Source of the DNA: a bacterium
GTDB taxonomy: Bacteria > Zhuqueibacterota > Zhuqueibacteria > Oceanimicrobiales > Oceanimicrobiaceae
DNA length: 64,000 nucleotides
Direction of reading: 5' to 3'
Assembly (NCBI GenBank): GCA_046758365.1
Contig: JBHIAC010000002.1
Span: 1 to 64,000, forward strand
A model generated the notes under the pieces. It saw only the letters and a program-made list of their open reading frames with translations. It had not been told where the DNA came from and made no database searches. This document shows, in pieces, positions 58,746 through 64,000 of this stretch (positions are counted from its first letter, which is position 1; each line of letters starts with the position of its first letter). Both the position numbers and the translations under genes were made by a program.

Positions 58746-59511
58746 TTAATCAAGATTATAAATACGAACTGCATTATCATGACCAACTTTCTTTGCCAGC
58801 TCGGGCGGTAGCTGATCCAAAACAGACCATGTCTCCTTGAACGATTGGGGCATGCGTCGCGTAACTCCTGGAATCCCAACGAATTGGTCGCTGCCAATCA
58901 TGAAGCGAGCAGGAAAATCACTGATAAATTTCTTCCACTCCGGAAGGATCTTCCAGTCATTATCGACTATTCGGTTCGGCATCGGGTTTCCAGCCATATC
59001 GAACAAACGTTCTTCAAACCTGAGGGCTAGATAGAGATTAGGGTGGGCCTCGAGCAGCGACTGCAAGAGGTCAATTGTCATATATCCGGTATTATCCCAC
59101 CCAATGTATTGCCAAACAATATTGGCTTTCCGGTTATGCAATAGTAAACGCTTTGGTTCCATGGATAAGTGGATTCAGGGTTGCGCCGCCTGCAACAAGA
59201 TAGAGTCGGTTTGAATATTTCTCCACCGGCTCTAGATTATGCTGGTAATTGTAATTTACTTTTTCCATTTGTATTGAAACTTGGGGCGGGGGCATGATAA
59301 GTGCTTTGCCAACGCCATACTGGTCCATCAAATCTATCAGATTCTTCGCAGCTTCACCGTAGTCCTTCATCTGGTCAAACCCAGATTGACGGCCGCCTTG
59401 CTCTCCTATTCGCTGAAACTCTGGACTGTCCATCATCAAATGCAATCCAGTAAATTTTATTAGACGGGACATACAAGATATTACAGGATTATTTCTTATC
59501 AGATAATACAC
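58746..59511 (-). pseudogene. Amidohydrolase_2-family pseudogene (frameshift and probable internal deletion)
   Basis: The 5' piece 'LMDQYGVGKALIMPPP' and 3' piece 'FPARFMIGSDQ...KVGHDNAVRIY' are in different frames and overlap at 59134-59162. Confidence 0.7.
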
Positions 59512-60184
59512 GTACTTTACGTTTTATCTCTACCCCATTCTGACCAAAATTTAGAATTCTGCAAAATAGGGTGTACAACCTTTAGGTTGAGATTGTCATA
59601 GGCAGGCTGAAGTCTGTACACCCAATGAATAAGCAGATGAAGTCTCAAATTTTGAAGACAAAATAATTCAATGTCTTTTGAACCAATCATTTTGCCATTA
59701 ATTATTTTGCCTTGATTAATCAAATCATGAAAATCCTGTCCATCTTGTCTAAATTTTTAGCCGAGAGTCTTCTCTTCATTATTATGATCTGGATGAAAGC
59801 AACTTCTCATTTGTTTGAACATTTGATTACCGATGGTGTATACAAAATTGTAGGGGCGTATAAAAAAAACATAATCGGAGGGTGAATGAACAACTCCTTT
59901 GTACTTTTCAATATAAAAATTGGATATAATAATTATTTGTCTGGTAATTATTCTATATTGGAAATACCTAAGCAGATAGAAAAGTATTAATCGAGTCAGC
60001 AGGAGAGATTTCCTGATTTAGTATCCGTACTCTTTATGTTAATATGTCAAATTATAACAAAAATGTCAAGTGAAAATTTCAAATCACACGAAAGCCAACA
60101 ACAAAAGACTGAAAGGTTTTTCTAAGGGCCTGCGCCAGAAATGCAGCGTTGCTATCTGGAGAAAATGCGAGAACTGTATGCCTT

Positions 60185-60283
60185 GAGGCGTGGCTGAAAA
60201 CTTCAGTTTTGGAAATCCACAAATTCTAATATATTGTTTTTTAGTTCATTTTTTTCCAAATATCGACTTTTCGGCTACGCCTC
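60185..60283. mobile_element. MITE-like 99-bp element
   Basis: Terminal inverted repeats gaggcgtggctgaaaact / acttttcggctacgcctc (15/18); no coding capacity. Confidence 0.55.
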
Positions 60284-60409
60284 TAAGATCTGTCGTTTGT
60301 TACAGTGATATTAATGGTTTTATTAGGTGTCGCTGCCTATATAAGATGTCCAGAGTTTTTTCGACCGCTTCATAGGATCGCGACTCACCTTGACACAACA
60401 ATCCAATCC

Positions 60410-60438
60410 TTGATTTATTTTTAAATGTTTGTTACATT
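60410..60438 (+). promoter_or_regulatory. Putative sigma70 promoter of the TauE gene
   Basis: TTGATT-N17-TACATT with an extended -10 TG. Confidence 0.4.
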
Positions 60439-60552
60439 CTTCTTTTGGGGGTATTAATAATATTAGTCAGCTTTGTAGATATGGGTAGAATTAATTTTAA
60501 AATTAAAAAAGTCGAATCAAGAGTTCCATTGAAAACTGTTTACAAATAATTC

Positions 60553-61302
60553 ATGCCAGAACTATTCAAACTGATATTGCTTGCTCTGCTTGGGATTTTC
60601 GCTGGTTTCTTAAATATCACAGCGGGCGGGGGCTCTTTGTTAACTCTACCTTTTCTAATTTTCCTTGGGCTGCCGGTGTCTGTAGCTAATGGTACCAACC
60701 GAATTGCCATACTCATCCAAAACATTTTCGCCACCGCACGATTTTATCAGTTTAAAGTCATTCCCCAAGGCACGACTCTCGTTGCGGTTGTTCCAGCTTT
60801 AGCCGGCTCGATAATAGGGGCGCATCTTGCGGTGGATATCAACGAACTTCTTTTTAAGCGCATTCTTGCTGGCATCATGATTTTAGTGTTAGCTATTATG
60901 CTCTTTAATCCGGGTAGAAAAGTTCCCAATATCACCGTGTCTTTAAATACAAGTAGAAAGTTCTTTATGGCGCTCTCATTTTTTGGAATTGGCATTTATG
61001 GCGGGTTCATTCAAGCGGGCATTGGCTTTCTAATTATTATGATTTTAACAGCGGTTGGATACGATTTAGTAAGAACCAATGCTTTAAAAGTTTTGGTGGT
61101 TCTTATTTTCACACCTGTCGTATTATTTATTTTTATTTTAGAAGGTCAGGTTGATTTTGTTAAAGGCTTAGTCCTGGCAGCAGGCAGCACTTTAGGCGGC
61201 TGGATTGCTACTCGTTTTGTGGTCGAAAAAGGCCATCGGTTTATTCGGTGGATTGTGATGGTGGCGGGGGTAGGGTTTGCTGTGAAGTTGTTTTTAGGGT
61301 GA
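60553..61302 (+). CDS. TauE/SafE sulfite-exporter-family protein
   Basis: 'AGGGSLLTLP', 'ANGTNR' and 'YGGFIQAGIG'. Confidence 0.92.
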   Translation: MPELFKLILLALLGIFAGFLNITAGGGSLLTLPFLIFLGLPVSVANGTNRIAILIQNIFATARFYQFKVIPQGTTLVAVVPALAGSIIGAHLAVDINELLFKRILAGIMILVLAIMLFNPGRKVPNITVSLNTSRKFFMALSFFGIGIYGGFIQAGIGFLIIMILTAVGYDLVRTNALKVLVVLIFTPVVLFIFILEGQVDFVKGLVLAAGSTLGGWIATRFVVEKGHRFIRWIVMVAGVGFAVKLFLG

Positions 61303-61357
61303 AACATAAATTTATTACAAATTTTCACTGATCTAATTCCATGAAGTAAAAATGATG

Positions 61358-62344
61358 CTAATGATTGGAAGACGTATGTCCATGTAATGTGAGCAAATAA
61401 GCCATGAGATCATCCAACTGTTTCTCCGTTAATAATTCCGGGTAATTGCTAGGCATGAATGAAATGGTTTGAGTTTTATAGGTAACAATGTCATTTGTTC
61501 TAATTACAAAACGTTCATTGCTTTTGTTCTCCAAAATTAATTCATCCCCAGTTTCCTCTTTTATTATCCCAATGAAAATCCGGCCAGTTTTTGTTTTTAC
61601 TAACGATTCTTCATAGCCGCTAATGATGTTAGAATTCGGTTGTACGATTTTATTGAAAATGTGCTGTGGGGTTCGAAAGCTGGCAATGGCAGTTAAATCC
61701 GGTCCAAGGTCGCTGCCTTGCGGCTGTCCTTCTGCATTTATTCCGATATGACAAGCCGAACAGGCCGCCGATCCTTCCGGATCGAAAAATAATTTGCGAC
61801 CAGCTTCGACATCCCCCTCTATCTTGAATTTAAATGATTCAACAGGCTTTTCATAAGTGGTTAGTATTTTTTTTGGCAATTGGATTTCGTCAGGATTGGC
61901 TTCCCCTCCTAAATTTTCAAGGTAACAAATCACGGCTTTAATTTCAGACGGAGTTAAAGCAATAGGTGCCTTAAAAACTTCAGGCATTTCATCTTTGTAC
62001 CCTGGTACAACAAATGCCCCCGGTTCAGCAATGCTTTGAACTAAATATTCGGTTCCGTTGTCAAGTGCCAATTTGGTAGCTCTTTGCTGGGCTCTAATGG
62101 CCATCATTGCGCCTTCTTTTCCTTCGCCTAAATTGGGGCCGCGCAAGGCATAGCCACGCTCCCCAACCCGATGGCACACATGGCAGCGCCCTTTTCCCCA
62201 AAAGATAGATTCACCTGTTTCTACACTAATCTCTGGAGTAGTTAGAGAAATATCTGCTACTTCAGGTAACGTCTTTATCCATTTATAAATAAAAAATGTG
62301 AGAATTAAAACTACCAGAAAAAGGGTGGCAATCTTTTTGAACAC
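61358..62344 (-). CDS. Membrane-anchored di-heme cytochrome c
   Basis: Two CxxCH motifs (CHVCH, CSACH), 'GPNL', 'GPDL' and 'MP' axial-Met motifs. Confidence 0.88.
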   Translation of the reverse strand: MFKKIATLFLVVLILTFFIYKWIKTLPEVADISLTTPEISVETGESIFWGKGRCHVCHRVGERGYALRGPNLGEGKEGAMMAIRAQQRATKLALDNGTEYLVQSIAEPGAFVVPGYKDEMPEVFKAPIALTPSEIKAVICYLENLGGEANPDEIQLPKKILTTYEKPVESFKFKIEGDVEAGRKLFFDPEGSAACSACHIGINAEGQPQGSDLGPDLTAIASFRTPQHIFNKIVQPNSNIISGYEESLVKTKTGRIFIGIIKEETGDELILENKSNERFVIRTNDIVTYKTQTISFMPSNYPELLTEKQLDDLMAYLLTLHGHTSSNH

Positions 62345-62347
62345 GGC

Positions 62348-62431
62348 TTAATAGCAATTAAAACCAATTTTTCTTAAAGTGGCGCCGAGTTCGCTGTGTA
62401 TATCTTTGTCGATGAAGAGTTTGATTTTCAT
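62348..62431 (-). pseudogene. Truncated DUF5615/PIN-like toxin (27 aa)
   Basis: MKIKLFIDKDIHSELGATLRKIGFNCY*, with an ATGA overlap on the DUF433 stop. Confidence 0.7.
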
Positions 62432-62736
62432 TTCGTTATTTCATATTTACCATAAGGATAATTTTTTTCCCAATATTCTTCATCGTTGTTAAGCTTGAGT
62501 TGTTCGTCGATCTCATCTTTATGATCATAATAATAAGATAGCGCATCATAAACTTGAGCGTGCGTAATGTGAGGAATGATCTCAATAATTTGATCAATGG
62601 AATATTTGAGATTAAAATGGTATCCGACAATCGCCCAAACGGGAACTCGAGTGCCAATAATGATGGGTTTTCCACCACAAACACCCTTGACTTGAGTGAT
62701 GTAAGGATGTTTAATTTTTCTTGCAGCTTGTCCCAT
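62428..62736 (-). CDS. DUF433-family antitoxin-like protein
   Basis: 'GVCGGKPIIIGTRVPV' and 'AQVYDALSYYYDH'. Confidence 0.9.
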   Translation of the reverse strand: MGQAARKIKHPYITQVKGVCGGKPIIIGTRVPVWAIVGYHFNLKYSIDQIIEIIPHITHAQVYDALSYYYDHKDEIDEQLKLNNDEEYWEKNYPYGKYEITK

Positions 62737-63049
62737 GTAATCTAACTCCTTTTACAAGTACAATTCACTTATTTTCAAATAGGTTTTCAATATAAACTAT
62801 TTTGCAAAAACAGTCAAGAAAATCATAAAGCTAGAAATCCGGTCGGAAAATAGATCTTTGGCGTATTGTATCTCACCACTTTGTCACGCTTCTTAACTCA
62901 GCGGTCTGTCAGGAGGAATCTTTTTAATTGAAAAGATTACCACTAAAATAAAGATTAAACCTACATTTGGTAAACTGACTGTAGAGCTGTGGTGTTATTG
63001 GCAGCTTTTCCCATTGATTTGGGAAGATTCTTGCAGAATGACACCCATA

Positions 63050-63091
63050 AAAAGAGTAAAGGGTGTGTTCCTTATTAATGGAAACACACCC
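63050..63091 (-). terminator. Intrinsic terminator
   Basis: gggtgtgttcc-N8-ggaaacacaccc stem followed on the minus strand by tttactctttt. Confidence 0.7.
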
Positions 63092-63127
63092 ATTCTTGAT
63101 AACTTTTAATCTAATGTGGCAAGATGA

Positions 63128-63937
63128 TTAGAGTGAAGCACTAGCGGTTCCGGCAGCAAATTCAAAGTTAGCTTCAACAACAGCCCCTTCTGTTACTGTG
63201 ACTTCTGCCGTTCGGGTGCCTAATGTCTCTTGCCAATACTCTAAAGTATAGGTACCAGCAGGTACATCGGTCAGTTCGAAATTACCATTCTCATTGGTGA
63301 CGGCATAATATGGATGCTCTACTACAATAATGTAACTATCCATCCAGTTATGAACGTCGCAGGCTACACGGATGACTTCAGGTTCATTAAAAGTTTGAGT
63401 CATCTTCTTTTTAAAGCCCGGCTGAGCTACGTTTATAGGGGTATTTTTTTCACTGAAGGTATGAATATTATGCAATATACCATCACTGTTTAATATAGTA
63501 AGATCGGTTCCTGTCGGAACTATAACAACATGAGGTTTAAAAGTACAGCCATTTTGATCTAACTCAAATTTATTTCCCAAAACATCCATCGATTTTCCTT
63601 TGTTAAGAGTCGTAATGCTGACTACTACATTTGCGACACCTTTGTTGCGGGAGACTACCAAATCTTCTTTATAATGTGGCATTTTTCCACAAACGTTTAC
63701 ATCTTTGGTTATTTCAAGCTTTTGTTTGGGTGGAATGGTGCCAGCAAACGTAACAGTGCCTTTAATAGTGCCTCCATTCGTTACAGTCATGGCTTGATAA
63801 CCACCGGCTTCAGCCATTGTCTCAACTTCTTCAGTCACTTCTTCACTTGGTTTTTCAGCTTTCTTCTCACCTCCCCCGCAACCAATGAGAAAAGAGATGA
63901 AAGCAAGTACAATCAACAGGGATAAAATTTTTTTCAT
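63128..63937 (-). CDS. Lipoprotein with cupredoxin-like and carboxypeptidase-regulatory-like domains
   Basis: Lipobox 'LIGC', 'DQNGCTFKPHV', 'NSDGILHNIH', 'CDVHNWM' and 'VPAGTYTL'. Confidence 0.8.
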   Translation of the reverse strand: MKKILSLLIVLAFISFLIGCGGGEKKAEKPSEEVTEEVETMAEAGGYQAMTVTNGGTIKGTVTFAGTIPPKQKLEITKDVNVCGKMPHYKEDLVVSRNKGVANVVVSITTLNKGKSMDVLGNKFELDQNGCTFKPHVVIVPTGTDLTILNSDGILHNIHTFSEKNTPINVAQPGFKKKMTQTFNEPEVIRVACDVHNWMDSYIIVVEHPYYAVTNENGNFELTDVPAGTYTLEYWQETLGTRTAEVTVTEGAVVEANFEFAAGTASASL

Positions 63938-64000
63938 AATGTTCCTCCTCTTACCTATAAATGTATTGTATTATTTATCGTTTGCTTACAAATTTTCGAA

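Overview
This is 64 kb of low-GC bacterial chromosome. The PorV-like barrel and FlgD-Ig/T9SS-type C-terminal domains suggest an FCB-related lineage such as KSB1 or Calditrichota (inference). The window opens inside a giant Ig-repeat secreted protein. Next come a PorV-TPR protein and an unusual partner-switching pair: a membrane RsbW-kinase/HAMP/SpoIIE-phosphatase/TPR fusion and a STAS protein, which share a transposase-like helix-turn-helix module. Housekeeping genes follow (obgE, dprA, gltX, four tRNAs). The rest is a patchwork of accessory genes: a TIR-like plus membrane-protein islet behind tRNA-Arg, a second SpoIIE sensor, tandem Tex-S1 gene-end remnants, HtrA, an isolated attC cassette junction, a MATE with a structured leader, an AT-rich three-gene toxin-like module, two RND efflux loci (one bracketed by two copies of a MITE-like element), an AhpD-like selenoprotein split by the ORF track at its UGA, an ECF/anti-sigma/MucB set, and several pseudogenes and palindromic scars. 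No rRNA, CRISPR array, intact transposase or integrase is visible. All family calls come from motif recognition by eye, not from database searches.
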